Under the pieces are notes generated by a model. The model did not search any database. It saw nothing but the letters and a program-made list of their open reading frames with translations, and was not told the DNA's origin. From positions 1-35,187 of IMG/VR virus record IMGVR_UViG_3300009068_000095: DNA of 35,187 nucleotides; one strand, given 5' to 3'. Positions 34,927 to 35,187 of this stretch are shown here, piece after piece; positions within the stretch are counted from its first letter, which is position 1, and the number at the start of each line of letters is the position of its first letter. A program made the position numbers and the translations under genes. Source of the DNA: a virus. Lineage: Duplodnaviria > Caudoviricetes.

Positions 34927-35187
34927 TTACAAGATTACCCAGCGTTGTCCACTTGGAACGGTAACTGTTTTTGTTGCATTAATGGTTATTGGGCCAACAC
35001 TTTCAGCGTTTTTACCAGTTGTAAGCGTGTAATTAGTGGTTACAGTAACACCGTTTTCAACAAATACTTCATCACCGCCACCACCTGTAGCACCACCACC
35101 TAACTGACCCCATGCACCGCCTTGATAGCCTTCAAACTGTGCTGTATCGGTGTTATAACGAATTTGTCCGTTTACTGGAACAGCAGG
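34927..35187 (-). CDS. partial tail fibre protein (C-terminus)
   Basis: GQIRYNTDTAQFEGY..GAWGQLGGGATG..VFVEN..TTNYTL..GPITI..TVPSGQRWVIL*. Confidence 0.8.
   Translation of the reverse strand, partial: PAVPVNGQIRYNTDTAQFEGYQGGAWGQLGGGATGGGGDEVFVENGVTVTTNYTLTTGKNAESVGPITINATKTVTVPSGQRWVIL

Noticed and set aside
1-35187. Stop-codon reassignment or prophage boundaries
   Set aside because: Genes are intact and tightly packed under code 11; no integrase, att site or host genes are visible.

Overview
35.2 kb fragment of a tailed dsDNA phage genome (podovirus-like, roughly 41-42% GC by eye). A betaproteobacterial freshwater host is plausible, but this is inference only. Layout: (i) 1-1862, a + strand chain of small translationally coupled early genes; (ii) 1831-5105, a - strand replication operon (sigma70-r4-like HTH, PD-(D/E)xK-like protein, SF2 helicase, TOPRIM primase); (iii) 5106-5858, a ~750-bp ORF-free control region that on the - strand appears to hold three stacked structured RNAs (a ~80-nt small RNA, a C4/CI-like antisense attenuator with its cognate target, and a ~300-380-nt multi-stem RNA), with a divergent mini-gene preceded by a PhaR-like box; (iv) RusA; (v) 6502-13785, a + strand early/middle operon (orphan RelB/DinJ-like RHH, Cas4/RecB-like exonuclease, DUF3310, Sak annealase, putative SSB, PAPS-reductase-family enzyme); (vi) 13828-35187, a - strand late region (tail fibres with S74 chaperones, holin, GH19 endolysin, tail/stabilisation protein, internal virion proteins including an SLT, a 2352-aa polyvalent LPD38 protein, a metallophosphoesterase and a SprT-like protease). 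A manual scan found no GATC in the window. No terminase, capsid, DNA polymerase, integrase, tRNA or CRISPR is seen. The best candidate for an undescribed system is the RNA cassette directly upstream of the helicase-primase operon. All family calls come from motif recognition, not database searches.
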